A DNA stretch of 39,587 nt from Candidatus Moraniibacteriota bacterium (GCA_041908545.1 JAYRFE010000070.1:1-39587); one strand, 5' to 3'; counted from the stretch's first letter, positions 8,840 to 21,300 are shown. Notes: a model not told the origin generated them from the letters alone. Translations and numbers: made by a program.

Positions 8840-10174
8840 CTATTCGTATCGGAGCGCCTCGAGCGCATGGATTTTCGAAGCGCGCATAGCAGGAAAAATC
8901 CCCGTAATAAGCCCGAGGAAAAAGATGAAGACGATGATAGAAATGACGAATGCCGAAGGGAGCTGCACGAAATTCATACCGATGACACCATATTTCTGTG
9001 CCAAGAAATTCACGCTGGCATTGATACCCTTCGCCCCGCCATACCCGAAAAGCAAGCCGAGCGATCCTCCGAGAAAACTGATCAAAAAAGCCTCGAAAAT
9101 GAACATCTTGAAAATGTCCGACCGTTTCGCCCCAAGCGCCTTCAGAATGCCAACTTCCTTCGTACGCTGAAGAAGGGAAACACTCAGCGTATTGAGCATA
9201 CCCATCGCCGAAATGGACATGATGATGACGCCGAAGACAATCAAAATACCACGGACGATGGAGAAGAAGGAATTGATATCCGCGATCGTATCGACGATAC
9301 TCTCGGTCACGAAAGCGGTCTGCTCGATCTGCAATCTGACCGACTCGATGGAGGACTCGTCTTCCACTCTCGCTTTGGCGAATTGTCCGGCGATATTGCC
9401 ATACCGGGCCCGTATGACCTCGAGCGGGACATAGGCGTATACTGAATCATCTCTCGTCTGATCCTTGGCGACTCCCACGATATAGAGCTTGTTTTGACTC
9501 TCATCCAACGGAATCGTCTCCTCACCCTCTCCCAGATCGGATGCGATCATATCGCTCGTCACGATCGCACTGTACTCGATCTCTCTGCCCACAATATCCT
9601 CCGGATTCTCATACCCGAGCAGAGAAGCCAGTTTCGGAGTCACCAGGATGGCCTGAGGCGTAGCAAACAACGCTTCTCTCATTTCCTCCCGAATATCGGT
9701 TCTTGCGAGATCAAGGAAATGTCGACTGATCGCGTTGAGCGTCACGTCGGTCTGAGATTCTCCGCTCACGAACTTCCCACCGATACTCGCCCGAACCTCG
9801 ACTTCCTTGATACCGGCTATATTCCGCATCTTATTGATAGTCGTCTTATCCAACAACGCGAAATTATCCAAGCTCTTGTTGCTGATATCGATGATATCGC
9901 TCGGATTGTTCTTCGTCACTTCGCGGATGACCATACCCTGAACCCCGAAACCGAGCGCAATCAGAAGCGTGATGATCCCGATACCGATCGCCACCCCACC
10001 GACGGTCAACACGGATCGCATCCGGTTCGCGAACATGTTGCGCCATCCGATGAAGAGGACGGAGGAGAGCAGCATATGGGAAAAACGGATATCGAGCGGT
10101 CCATGCGACGAAACCGCCCTCTCGGGAACGACTCCTTCCTTCTCCTCTTTTGTCGTACGCGAAAGAAAACTCAT
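8840..10174 (-). CDS. ABC transporter permease, FtsX/MacB type, with a large extracytoplasmic domain
   Basis: TM1 (VLTVGGVAIGIGIITLLIALGF), then a ~230-aa loop, then the FtsX domain (LLQRTKEVGILKALGAKRSDIFKMFIFEAFLISFLGGSLG). Its start overlaps the ATPase stop by 4 nt. Confidence 0.85.
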   Translation of the reverse strand: MSFLSRTTKEEKEGVVPERAVSSHGPLDIRFSHMLLSSVLFIGWRNMFANRMRSVLTVGGVAIGIGIITLLIALGFGVQGMVIREVTKNNPSDIIDISNKSLDNFALLDKTTINKMRNIAGIKEVEVRASIGGKFVSGESQTDVTLNAISRHFLDLARTDIREEMREALFATPQAILVTPKLASLLGYENPEDIVGREIEYSAIVTSDMIASDLGEGEETIPLDESQNKLYIVGVAKDQTRDDSVYAYVPLEVIRARYGNIAGQFAKARVEDESSIESVRLQIEQTAFVTESIVDTIADINSFFSIVRGILIVFGVIIMSISAMGMLNTLSVSLLQRTKEVGILKALGAKRSDIFKMFIFEAFLISFLGGSLGLLFGYGGAKGINASVNFLAQKYGVIGMNFVQLPSAFVISIIVFIFFLGLITGIFPAMRASKIHALEALRYE

Positions 10175-10938
10175 ATCGTTTTGGATGTTTCCTGCATTGC
10201 CTGTTGCACTGCATCATCATCAATCATACCGATGAACTGCTGATTGATCGTATCCGAAGTGATCTTCCCATCGACCATATTGATGATCCGAGACCCGAAT
10301 TTGTACTGATCCATGTTGTGCGTGACCATGATGATCGTAATCTGGAATTGGCGGGAGATATTCCCGACAAGAGTCATGAGTTGCTCTCCCGCCCTCACAT
10401 CGAGGTTACCGGTCGGTTCATCGGCGATGATGAATTTCGGATTCAGCAACAACGAACGGGCGAGCGCGATACGCTGCTGCTGTCCTCCGGAAAGGTCGAA
10501 CGGACGATGGTTCGCCCATTTGCTCATTCCGACAAGCTCGATCAGCTTCGCCGCGATAACGATACTCTCGCTGAAAGTCTTACCGGAAATCACCCCTGGG
10601 ATGGCGATATTCTCGATGACGGTAAGCGACTTCACCCAGAACGGCTGTTGCGGGACGAATCCGATATACCGATTCCGGAAATTCGCTCTCCAGTTCTTCG
10701 TCTTCTCCCAGATATCCTCCCCCTCGATGAAGACGGTCCCCTCGGTCGGCCCTTCCAGACCATAAATCGTATGCAAAAGCGTCGACTTGCCGCAACCGGA
10801 CGGACCGACCAAAAGGACGAATTCCCCTCTCCGAATTTCGAGGTCTATACCGAACAAGACAGGAATATCCTGCTCCCCGACATGGAAACTCTTCTTGAGA
10901 CCGCTTACCCTGATAACGATTTCTTTTTCTTCGGGCAT
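10171..10938 (-). CDS. ABC transporter ATP-binding protein (MacB/LolD-like)
   Basis: Walker A GPSGCGKST, signature LSGGQQQR, Walker B FIIADEPTGNLD, H-loop VTHN. The start is MPEEKEIVIRV; an alternative start lies 36 nt upstream at 10974. Confidence 0.9.
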   Translation of the reverse strand: MPEEKEIVIRVSGLKKSFHVGEQDIPVLFGIDLEIRRGEFVLLVGPSGCGKSTLLHTIYGLEGPTEGTVFIEGEDIWEKTKNWRANFRNRYIGFVPQQPFWVKSLTVIENIAIPGVISGKTFSESIVIAAKLIELVGMSKWANHRPFDLSGGQQQRIALARSLLLNPKFIIADEPTGNLDVRAGEQLMTLVGNISRQFQITIIMVTHNMDQYKFGSRIINMVDGKITSDTINQQFIGMIDDDAVQQAMQETSKTI

Positions 10939-11032
10939 CTTCTCTTTTTTTATGTTTCCCTCCACCAAAAACATCGCCCCGGCTCAGAAAAGGGCACAAC
11001 ATTCCTCCTTATAGTATACCACCAAATTCCTC

Positions 11033-14000
11033 CTAATTCCCACCGAGCCTCGACATCCACCCGAAATTATTCAGGAAAGTCCTCGTGATGACTTCCGTCG
11101 CATTGGCTTTCGACTGTTCCACCGGAACCGTCGATGGATCCGTCGTCGTCTTGTTTCCGGCCTCATCATACACTTCGACCTGGTAGCTATAAACATCGCC
11201 TGCCTCAGCCGGAATCGTGATGAGGTGATAGGTATTAAGCGAATCGTCGTTCGTCGACTGCTCGAACGATCTGGTCACGATACCCTTGGCATATGCCACA
11301 TGCAGACGGGAAGGTTCATCGGTTTCGATCTTGATGTAGACACTGGCCTGGGCATTGTTTCCCCGACCCGACACACGCCCCATAGACTTGTTCGAAAGGA
11401 CTTTCGGCGGTCGGGAATCCGTTCGTGTCGTTATCTTCTGTTCAAACGGGCTCGCTTGAATATTGTGCGTATCCATACCGGTGATGGTCACCGCATACTC
11501 CACAGCCGGATCCAAATCGGAGATTTCCGCGGAATGCTCGGTGACAAGATCTTCAGTCAAATAGGTATGGTTCTCGGAACTCCCGGCTGACTTGTAGTAG
11601 ATGAGCGTCGAAGTCGGAACGTTGGTGATATAGGAGATGACGATAGTCGGCAGATCGACGTCTTCCTTGTTCTCCACCTTGACATCGGACACGACCGGCT
11701 CTTCCGGCGTACTGAAAGCATACTCATCGGAAGAGAAGGAATTGAGATCTCCATCGATACAATCGATCTGCGCCCGATAATCCGAAGCCGGGTTCAACTG
11801 ATCGATTTTCTGGACATGACTCGAACCGCCCGATGTCTCTTCGATGCTGTATGAACCGTATTTCAGGGTACAAGTAGCGCTCACATTCGTTTTCCAGCTC
11901 ACATAAGCCGTGTGCAACTGAATATCCGTAACGGTCACATCGGAAATGACCGGCGGCGGGAGCGTCGTGAAGGTATCGATTTCCGAGGTCCCGATATTCC
12001 CATCCGGGTCGATATACTTCACCCGATAAAAGTATTTCGTTCCGGCATCCAGACCCTTGACCAAGACCTCATGTGTCGTGACGGAATCCACCTGACCGGT
12101 CGTCTCCCCGAGCGAAATGCTTTTTCCATATTCGATGAAAGAACTCGCGACACGATCGGTCGCCCAGGTGAAGGAGGTCTGAAAGGCTTGAGTCGTATAA
12201 CTCGGGGTGCCGACCAGTTTCGGGGCCGTCGTATATTTTCCTGTCGGAATGATCGAGACGACCGATGATGCCGCGGAATAATTACTCGTCTTATCCTTCG
12301 ATTTCACGTAGTAATAATGAAGTTTACTCTCGAGTGTCGTGTCCCCGGATGGCAACAGGATTTCCCCTGAATCGACATAGGCGCTCCCGGATGTCTTCGC
12401 TATTTCAGTAAATGTCACGTTGTCCTCGGACCGATAGATGACGAATCCATCGAAGTTGGCCGAATCGAGACCGTCCGGACGTACCCATTTGACCGCGATA
12501 CTGTATTTCGAGTTCTCCCTATCGGACGTATCGAAAATTTGGACCTTCCCAGGGATCGGAGGATTACTCGTGTCCGCCGTAAATGAAATCACTGCGTAGT
12601 TGTTGTATTCGATGTTTCCTGCTTCGTCCTCCGCAACCACGAAGAAAAGATTTTCTCCCTTCTGGGTCGCGAAAGCCCCTGGGCCGGCGGAAGTCAGGGA
12701 TGTCGACACCGTATTGTTCGCCGTCGGAAGCACATTTACCGAATAGTGATATATGAGTTTCGTGGAATCACCCACGAATGAAGCGGGTATACCCCAGGAA
12801 AAAGCGAAGGAATTGTTCGTGGAGGTCGTCGGAGTTACTGCCAGGCTCTGTGGCGGAGTCGGAGCGCTCGCACTGTAGTAGTATTCCTGCATCAACGGTG
12901 TCGAAGCGTTCCCGGCAGCATCGACGGCCCGGAGGTAGAATTTGTTCTTCCCCGACTGGTATGCGCCGACCAGATGATCCGCATTCGGAATCGTCACCTG
13001 GAACGCACCCGGATCATTGATATCCACCCAGACCCCGGGCGTATCCCCGTCCGTCCGGTATTGGAACTTCGTCACACCCGAATAATCATCCGTCACATCC
13101 GCTGCCCAAAGGAAAGCGTAATTATCCGTGGCGGTATACCCGGCCGGCGTCACCGAAATCGTGCTCGGATTCGTCGGTGCGACCGTATCATACTGATACG
13201 TGAAGGCCTCATAATTCGAAACGGGAATCATCCCGGCGAGATCGACCGCCTTGATCTTCAGATAATATGCCTGACCGGATGTCAAACCCGAAGCGGTATA
13301 GGTCGTCCCTGTCTGAAAACTCCCCAGACTGAACGCATCGGCGCCGCTATTCGTCCCGAAATAGACATAGTAACCGGCAATACCCGACCCACCAGGATTA
13401 TCACTGGCACCTCCTACCGACTTGGCAGCCGGCCACACGAAACTCGGCGCGCTCTGACTGCTCCAGTCACCAGGAAGAATCGGGGTCGTATGAGAGACAT
13501 CCGTATAAGCGGATACCGAAGACGGATTCGTCGGCGCATCCACGTCCTGATAGTACCGGACGGTGATATCGGTGATATTCGGTGAAAATATCTGATCAGA
13601 CGAAGAAAGCGTCGCCCGTACCTGAATGAAAGGATTCGCCGGTGAATCGATCTTCATCGTATGCGTCGTACCCGAAACCGAATCATTCAGGGCGGCCGTC
13701 CAACTTGACCAACTCGCACCGTCATCGGATGTCCGCGTCTCGATGGTGACAAACGTATTGGCCGGTGTCGTATAACTCACCGAAAGGTTGGCAAAATGAT
13801 ACACGGAAACGAGATTCATCGTCGCGGTCGTAAAGGTTCCCGTTTTCACGAATCCGGTATTTCCTCCCGAAGATCCGACCAGATAACTATACAGTCCGTC
13901 GGCATAGGAATTCGTCCCCGCTCCGGAGATGACCCAGTTCTTGTTGCTGCTGTACGCTCCCACACCGCCCGTCGTCACCAAGGCGGGTACCTTAAGCGCT

Positions 14001-17000
14001 GGCGTCGAACTGACCGTCTGCCAAGAACCCGGGGCCACCTGCGTCGTATCATATCGATAGTAATCGTTGGTCCCACCGCCGCGAGCGACATACAGGTAAC
14101 CGTCACCGGAATCGGTCAAACTCCCTCCGGCTCCGACCGTCCCGGGCACAGCGCCCAATGCCGCCCAGGATCCTCCGATCTGGAAGCGACACGCATTCGC
14201 CGTTCCTCCGGCCCGAGTGACGTACACATACCCTCCCTTATATACGATCTTCGATCCATCGCCGATATTTCCGCCACAGGCACCCGCCGTCATCGCCGTC
14301 ATCACCGACCACCGAGATCCGCTTATACCCTGAGTATCATAGCGCCACCAGACCAGAGCGCTTCCTTGTGTCAAATAGATATACCGGCTCCCGTCATACG
14401 TCATCGAAGATCCGGTCGTCACCTGTCCCGGCGGACGATCGGCGGTGATTTCGGTCCACGCATTGGTCGCGACATCATACGTAAAGAAGTACGTCGTAAA
14501 ACCGGTCCGTGTCGTACCGAGCGCTCCCGGAACATAGTAGACCTTTCCTTCCGTCTGATTAAAGAGGATACTCGCCCCGGTCGTCGCGCCCACCGGCAAC
14601 CTCGCAAGTTCAGAGAATGTCCCGGTCGTCACATTGTATTTCCCGAACGTATTATCCGAACCACCGCGGATAATATACAGATTCGTCGTATCGTCCGCAG
14701 CCATGAATGTCCCGGTCGTGTACGGAACGAATGAGTTGACCCCGGTAACATTCCCGGTCGGTACGGACGGACCAAAAAAACCGCTCCGAGGAAGCTCCCA
14801 GGTGCTATCGGATATGTTGTATCGATAAAAGCCCGTCGTTCCTCCTCCTCTCTGCAGATACGCATACCCATTATAGACAAATAAGGAAGCACCCGAACTT
14901 ACCAATGCCGGAACATTCGGCAAAGTGAACCAGGTATTGGTATCGATATCATACCGATAGAAGTTCTGCTGCATATTGGCTGTCGTCGCATTGTTGCCGC
15001 CGACCGCGAAAATGGATTGGGTGGTCGCATCAAATGCCAAGGTTCCACCATCATAAAAGCCTTCCGGTGCCGGAGCAAGCGGGGTCCAGGTATTCTGCGT
15101 TTCCCCGTGATCCGCATCCGTATGGATCGAATATTTCGCGAAATACGGGAGCAGATTCCCCTGTATCGCATACACGTTGTTCCGCTCATCATACACGCTG
15201 TCTGCCCCTTCATAGACGAATTGGCCGTTCACCGTATTCGGGTTGCCGAAATCGGTATTCGGGAGAGTCGTCCATCCGGGCGTACAACCGCTCTGTCCAT
15301 TACAGGTATCGTACCGATAAAACGCATCGTCATTCCCTGGCATGGCATAAATGTATCGCGACCCGTCATAGGACATGTTGCCGCCATAATCGAAGTTCTT
15401 CGGTGCACTATCGATGCTCGTCCAGGTATCCGTCGCGATCGTATACTGTAAAAATGAAGACCGAAGGTTTCCTTTTGCCAGATACAGATACCCGGAAGGA
15501 CCTTCAATGAGGGATCCTCCATTGTTCACCGTGGCAGCAAGAGTGGGAATTACCGCTTTCGTCGTCCAGGTATCCGTCTCGATCTCGTACCGATAGAAAG
15601 TATTCGTGCTGTTTCCGGCCGCCGTATAGAGACAATGATTACTGTTCCCCGCGCATGCTCCCGAAGCAAGTTCTCCGCCGTAGCCTATGTTTCCTGGCAA
15701 AAGAGAAAGGCGGGTCTGGTTCCAAATTCCGCTCACATTCGTGAGACTCACCGAGCCATCAGATTTGGATGTCGTATTACTCAGGGTTCCCGCATTGAAA
15801 TCCGCTTGGGAAGTCACGGTCTGGCTCAATACTGGGGAAGCCCCATCATATGAATACGTGAACGCGTCCCACGTCGAAGAACTCACATTCCCATTGCTAT
15901 CCTTCGTCTTGATACGGAGATAGTAAGACTGCGGAGCATGAAGGACGGTCTGTTCGAGAACGGTATTGGAAGTATAATTGAGCGCGGTCTGAAACACTCC
16001 GTCCGATACGGGATCGGCACTCGCGTTGGTTCCGAAATACACATAGTACCCCGCGACTCCCGAACCGCTATCGCTCGCCCCGGACCACTGGAAATACGGG
16101 TGATCGAAAGAATAGGCCGTACCCGAGGAAAGCGTTTCTCCTCCACTATTCGTGGAATACGCATTGATAACGGATGGGTTGACCGGGGCCGTCTCTTCGG
16201 AATTATAGGCGATAATGAACTTACCGACTGTCGGGGTACTCACTCCATCGCTCGTCGCCAAGGTGATCCTGACCTGGATATACCGCGCGGTCGGTGATTG
16301 TATGGTGCTCCCGGATACTGCCTGCCATGCCGACCAGGTACTCTGATCATCACTTGTCCGTGTCTCATAGGTCACCGTCGTATTCGCCGGCTGCGTATCA
16401 GTCGGGGTGAAATTTCCCCACGTATCCACGTGGGAAAGATCGAAGGTCTTACTCAGATACGTCCCGGAGGACGGATAATTCGACGCGGAAGCGGTATAGC
16501 TCCATATATCGGCAAGTCCTTGTCCGTTAGCCGCATAAAAAGAAGTGCCGCCGGCATACTCGATCGAAGCTCCGCTATACGGCCCGCGAGCAAAAGTATA
16601 CCCCTGATTCGCCGGCAGTAGTCTCCAGGTATCCGTACCCGGCGTATATTCCCAGAATTCATTCTTATAATATCCGGCCAAAGCATAGATCTTCCCGCCA
16701 TACACGGTCATGTCCGTACCGAGATACTGGGCGAAGGGTGTCGATCTGACCGTACTCCATGACCCATTGTACTTGAGCATCGCGGTCTCTCCGTTGCCCG
16801 GCATGACATAGATATCCGTCCCGATCGCGACCGTGCGAGCACCGATATTCGGAAAGTAATTCACGGTCCCGATAGTGATCGTCGAAAGCGTACTCCATCC
16901 GGTTCCCGAAACCCAACGATAAAACGCGTTCGTCCCTCCTCCCCGAATAGCGTAAATGGAGTTATCCGAAGCACACGCAAGAGCTGCTCCGGCTCCCGCC

Positions 17001-18351
17001 GCTGCCGGAAGCGTATTCGGTGAAGAGGAAAAGGTAGTCCAAGCATCCTCCGTATATCGGTAGAAGTTCACGCTGCCGGGCTGAGCGTAGTACGCATTCC
17101 CGTTACACCACACCCCCTTCGTATCCGTGTTGAGCGAATAGGGCAACACCGCCTTCGAACTCCAGGAATTGGTCGCGATATCGTATCGATAAAAGGCATT
17201 CGTCGCTCCTCCACGAGTCGCATAGACATACGCGGTCGCTCCCGTCTGTCCGTTCCAAATGAGATCACTACCAGTATTCAATCCAACTGCTCCATCCAGC
17301 ACCTGTTTCGGTCCGACCCACTGACCATTCGTCCCGAGTGTCGGATCGAATTTCCACATATCCGTCGTATTGAGACCACGAAAAGCGTAGATTTTGTTCT
17401 CCGTACTGCTGTAGGACAAGGAAGGATAATTCGTCGTCATCGGTGCGAACTCATTCGTCCCGGTCATCGAAAGCCAGGTCGTGGCAGCCACACTATAACG
17501 GAAGTAAGTGGTAGTGCTTCCACCACGCAGGACGTAGATATAGTTGTTCGCGAATACCGCCCGCTGTTCCCCGGCTGGAGCGGTCGGGATAGATGTTCCG
17601 TTCGACCAGGCGTTGGTCGACAGGTTGTACTTATACATCTGCACGCCCGGCGTCCCACGAAGCGCGTACAAGAAACCGTCTTGCCCATTGATCAAGTCTC
17701 CTCCGACTCCGATAGTACCGGTAACCGGAGCCCGGTTCAGCCACTGATCGGTAGCGACATCGTACTTATAGAAATCGGTACTCGTGTTCCCGCGAGCGAA
17801 ATAGATATTCGTACCATCGTTTTCGATGGATGCCCCCGAATATGGGGCATCAAGCAGATCAGCCAGACGCGTCCAGGTCTGATTGGCAATGGAATACTTG
17901 TAATACTTCAGGGAGTACCCGCCAAAAATCATATAAATATCTCCCGTCGCGGATACATAACTCATATCGGACCCAAGATAGGCCGGCACCGGAAGATCGG
18001 AAAGATTTTCCCAGAGATTATTCACCGTATCGTATCGCCAGAAAGCCTTGTCTGACTGACCGCGCGTCGCGTAGAGATAATTTCCAACCAGAACAGAAGA
18101 AGACCGGCGTTCACCGGCTCCTTGGTCGGCGCCCAAACTCGCTCGCTCCAACTTCCCGACGACTGCAATTGAATCGCGTCCGCAGAGCTCAGAGTCGTGG
18201 TACCGGTCTGTGTCCCCGTCTCCCACTCGGCCCGCGTATCGATAGAGACCGACTGAGGAGCGCTCAAGGCACCCGGAGTCGCCCCATACACCACTGCCAA
18301 CACGAGTCCCATCAAAGCGGTACGCCAGGTAAATCCTCGAAGAGAATGCAT
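11033..18351 (-). CDS. Giant secreted/surface protein (~2440 aa) with an apparent 1-nt frameshift near 18100-18105. It contains Kelch-like beta-propeller blades, jelly-roll-like modules and many FN3 domains.
   Basis: There are dozens of blades of the type xxYxxRGxxTxxFYRYDxxTxxW. Two super-repeats each end in a module like TFDLSHVDTWGNF...ARYIQVRITL plus an FN3 domain (GVAGYYVYFGTN...YYLRIKTKD). The C-terminal third is FN3 repeats (for example TKYFYRVKYIDPDGN). The signal peptide MHSLRGFTWRTALMGLVLAVVYGATPGALSA is encoded in a different frame (ORF 18022..18627). Confidence 0.85.
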
Positions 18352-18741
18352 TATCTTCGATGTCCATTTCCCCACGGCACGCATCATCGTCAACACATAC
18401 TGACGTCGAAGATATGCTTTCCCATGGCTTCCTCTTCGAATCACCGAGTAACTCGACAAAAATTCTTCCAGACTTTCCGCCTCAACGACCGCCCGCACTA
18501 CTTTTTGCGGCTTTTTTTGCCGAACAGCAAAAAGCGGGCCGATAAACGACCAAAAACGCCTTCGAATGAAAAGGAGTGTTCTTCGTACTTTTGATATTTC
18601 TTTTTCCATTCTTACCGAAAAACGCATGGGGGTTTTCCTGTAAATTTCTTTTCACCAAGAAAAATTTCCTCGAGAGCATCGGGCGACCGCAAGAAATCCT
18701 TCTCTTTATTAAGGATACCAGATTTCAGACTTACAAACAAA

Positions 18742-18769
18742 GAGGGGACCTCCAAAAAAAAGCCCCCTC
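18742..18769 (-). terminator. Possible ychF terminator
   Basis: Stem GAGGGG/CCCCTC with a 16-nt loop, followed on the minus strand by TCTTTGTTTGT. It lies about 40 nt after the ychF stop. The stem is weak. Confidence 0.35.
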
Positions 18770-18805
18770 CTTCCAAAGAAAATCTCTCCCTACTTCCGAA
18801 AAGAA

Positions 18806-19858
18806 TCAGACCCGAAAAACGATGACGTCCCCATCCGTAATGATCGCGTCTTTCCCCTCGATTCGAAGTGTCCCCTGATCGCGTGCCGCACTCCAGGAAC
18901 CGGCCGCCAAGAGCGTATCCCAACGGATGACCTCGGCCCGGATGAATTTCTCTTCGAAATCCCCATGAATCGCCGCCCCGGCCTGCGGAGCCGTCGAGCC
19001 CTGCTTCACCGTCCAGGCGCGTGTCTCTTCGGGGCCCGTCGTGAAATACGTCATAAGGCCGAGAAGTGCATAGGCCTGACGCGCCAATTCACCGATATGC
19101 GAAACGATTTCCATTTCAGCCATCTCCTCAGGAGACATGTCGAGCAGCTCTTCCTCGATCTTGATATCGAGCTTCACGTGCGGTCGTTCCTCAAGAGATG
19201 GAGTCAGCGTCTGATAGGTGTCCGAAATATTATAGACATAAAGGAACGGCTTGGCGGTAAGCAGCTGCAGACCGCGAAGCATCTTCCGTTCTTTCTCCTC
19301 AGTAAGAGAGAGGAGGATCTGATGTGCCAGGACACCCGCGGAAAGCTCCCGTTCCAACCGCTCGATCAATGCGAGCTCGATCGGCGCATCCTTCTCTCCT
19401 CCCCGGACCTCCTTGGCCGTCTTGATCTTGCGCTTAGCAAGCGTCTCGAGGTCCGCCAAGATCAGTTCCGTATTGATGACGGCGATATCATCCTCCGGTT
19501 CGACGCGATTGTTCACGTGGATAATATCGGTGTTTTCGAAAGCCCGGACCACTTCGACGATTGCGTCCACTTCACGGATATTCGCCAGAAACTTATTCCC
19601 AAGCCCCGCACCCTCGCTCGCGCCCTTCACCAGTCCGGCGATATCGACGAACTCGATGACGGCCGGAATGGTTTTCTTGCTCCCGGAAAGCGCGGCCAAC
19701 TTACCGAGCCGCTCATCCGGCACCTCGACGATACCGACATTCGGCTCAATGGTGCAGAACGGATAATTATTGATATCAACCGGTTTCCGAGTCAGCGCCT
19801 TGAACAGGGTCGATTTTCCGACATTCGGCAACCCGACGATTCCGACTTTGAGCGACAT
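18806..19858 (-). CDS. ychF: Ribosome-binding ATPase YchF (Obg-like GTPase family)
   Basis: MSLKVGIVGLPNVGKSTLFKALT, NYPFCTIEPNVG, DIAGLVKGASEGAGLGNKFL, and a C-terminal TGS-like domain ending in GDVIVFRV. The start is taken at the canonical MSLKVGIVG. Confidence 0.95.
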   Translation of the reverse strand: MSLKVGIVGLPNVGKSTLFKALTRKPVDINNYPFCTIEPNVGIVEVPDERLGKLAALSGSKKTIPAVIEFVDIAGLVKGASEGAGLGNKFLANIREVDAIVEVVRAFENTDIIHVNNRVEPEDDIAVINTELILADLETLAKRKIKTAKEVRGGEKDAPIELALIERLERELSAGVLAHQILLSLTEEKERKMLRGLQLLTAKPFLYVYNISDTYQTLTPSLEERPHVKLDIKIEEELLDMSPEEMAEMEIVSHIGELARQAYALLGLMTYFTTGPEETRAWTVKQGSTAPQAGAAIHGDFEEKFIRAEVIRWDTLLAAGSWSAARDQGTLRIEGKDAIITDGDVIVFRV

Positions 19859-20092
19859 AAGAATCTGCATTAATAGAGAAAGATGGGACATCTCCATCCG
19901 TGCAACCGTATCACCAGGTGCGAAAAGGGAGAAACCGACTCATTCTGGCAGGATTCTTCCTCCCTGTAAAGAGGACTTTCCCCTCTCCATCATGCAGTAT
20001 CCAGATGACCGAAATCCCGGGTTCTTGTATGATAAAGGTATCCTCATCATCCGCCCCTCTCTATTATAAAACGTATTCTCCTCAAAAAATCT

Positions 20093-21211
20093 ATGAAAAA
20101 GATTCTGCTCGCGACCCGCCCGCTGGTTCCGCCTTGGGACGAAGCTTCCAAGAACTTCGCCTACTTCCTCGCCAGATCGGTCAGTAAACACCACGTCAGC
20201 ATTCTCACCACACCAACCTGGCTCCCGGATCTTCCGGCCGATATCACCCAGATTCCCTGCTACACCAAGAATGAGCTTGATTTTTCGGAAAAACTCCGTC
20301 TGCTCACCACTCTTCGGAATCTCCGGGGGAAATTCGATATCACCCATTATCTCTTCACCCCGACCCGAAAAAACACTTCGCTCATCAACTTCTTCAGCCG
20401 ACCGACGCATGGCAAGACCATACAGACCATCGCCACCCTGCGCGAAGATCTCTATGGACCGAAACAGTGGAAACAACTGCTTTTCGCCGATCATATCGTC
20501 GTGTATTCCGATTATTCGGAACGACTCCTCCGCAATATCGGCATGAGCCGGGTCAGCCGCATCTATCCAGGAGTCGATCTCACCTATTATCAGCCATCCG
20601 AAAAGAGTCCTGAAACCCTTGCGTATTTCCACCTGACTTCGGAAGACTTCATCGTCACCTATAATGGCGAATACGCGCGTCTCGGAGCGACCGATATGCT
20701 CGCGGAGTGGCTTATCGAGTACTTCACCACTCATCCGGATTCGAACATGAAATTCGTCTTCGCCTGCCGTGTCAAAAAACATGAGGACGACCGTCTCAAG
20801 AAGATCGAAATCACCGAACGATTCCAGCGAGCCGGGATCCTCCATCATATCCGTTTCACCGACACGTATGCCGACATGCCGAAGCTTTATAATCTCGCCG
20901 ATATCATCGCCTTTCCTGTCAATGACATGCGGGGAAAATTCGATGTTCCGCTCGTCATCATCGAAGCCTATGCCTGCGGCAAGCCGGTCATCCTTTCCGA
21001 CCTCCCTCTCTTCCGGGAGTTCGCGAACGACGACATCTGTGTTACGATTCCTCGCGGCGATACGAAGAGCTTCACCCGGGCTATCGAATCCCTACAGGCG
21101 AATCCGGAAGAAAGAGTCAGACTCGGTCAGAAAGCCCGCACCTTCGTCGAAGCGCATTTCGACCTTCGGAATACGGTGAAAGAATACGAGCGGCTCTACG
21201 ACTCACTCTAA
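20093..21211 (+). CDS. Glycosyltransferase, GT4 (GT-B fold) family
   Basis: The C-terminal half has the typical GT1/GT4 pattern (FVFACRV...IRFTDTYADMPKLYNLADIIAFPV...GKFDVPLVIIEAYACGKPVILSDLPLFREF). Confidence 0.8.
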   Translation: MKKILLATRPLVPPWDEASKNFAYFLARSVSKHHVSILTTPTWLPDLPADITQIPCYTKNELDFSEKLRLLTTLRNLRGKFDITHYLFTPTRKNTSLINFFSRPTHGKTIQTIATLREDLYGPKQWKQLLFADHIVVYSDYSERLLRNIGMSRVSRIYPGVDLTYYQPSEKSPETLAYFHLTSEDFIVTYNGEYARLGATDMLAEWLIEYFTTHPDSNMKFVFACRVKKHEDDRLKKIEITERFQRAGILHHIRFTDTYADMPKLYNLADIIAFPVNDMRGKFDVPLVIIEAYACGKPVILSDLPLFREFANDDICVTIPRGDTKSFTRAIESLQANPEERVRLGQKARTFVEAHFDLRNTVKEYERLYDSL

Positions 21212-21300
21212 ATTCCCTTTCAGAAACCACATGGGATCACGACGGTCATTCATACCCCCAGGAAATACCTTCCCATCTGATCACTTATCAAAAAAAACAT

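Noticed and set aside
18352-18627. N-terminal 92 codons of ORF 18022..18627 (MRFSVRMEKEISKV...)
   Set aside because: The sequence is basic and low in complexity, and it lies upstream of an excellent signal peptide that starts at Met-93 (18351). It is most likely 5' UTR.
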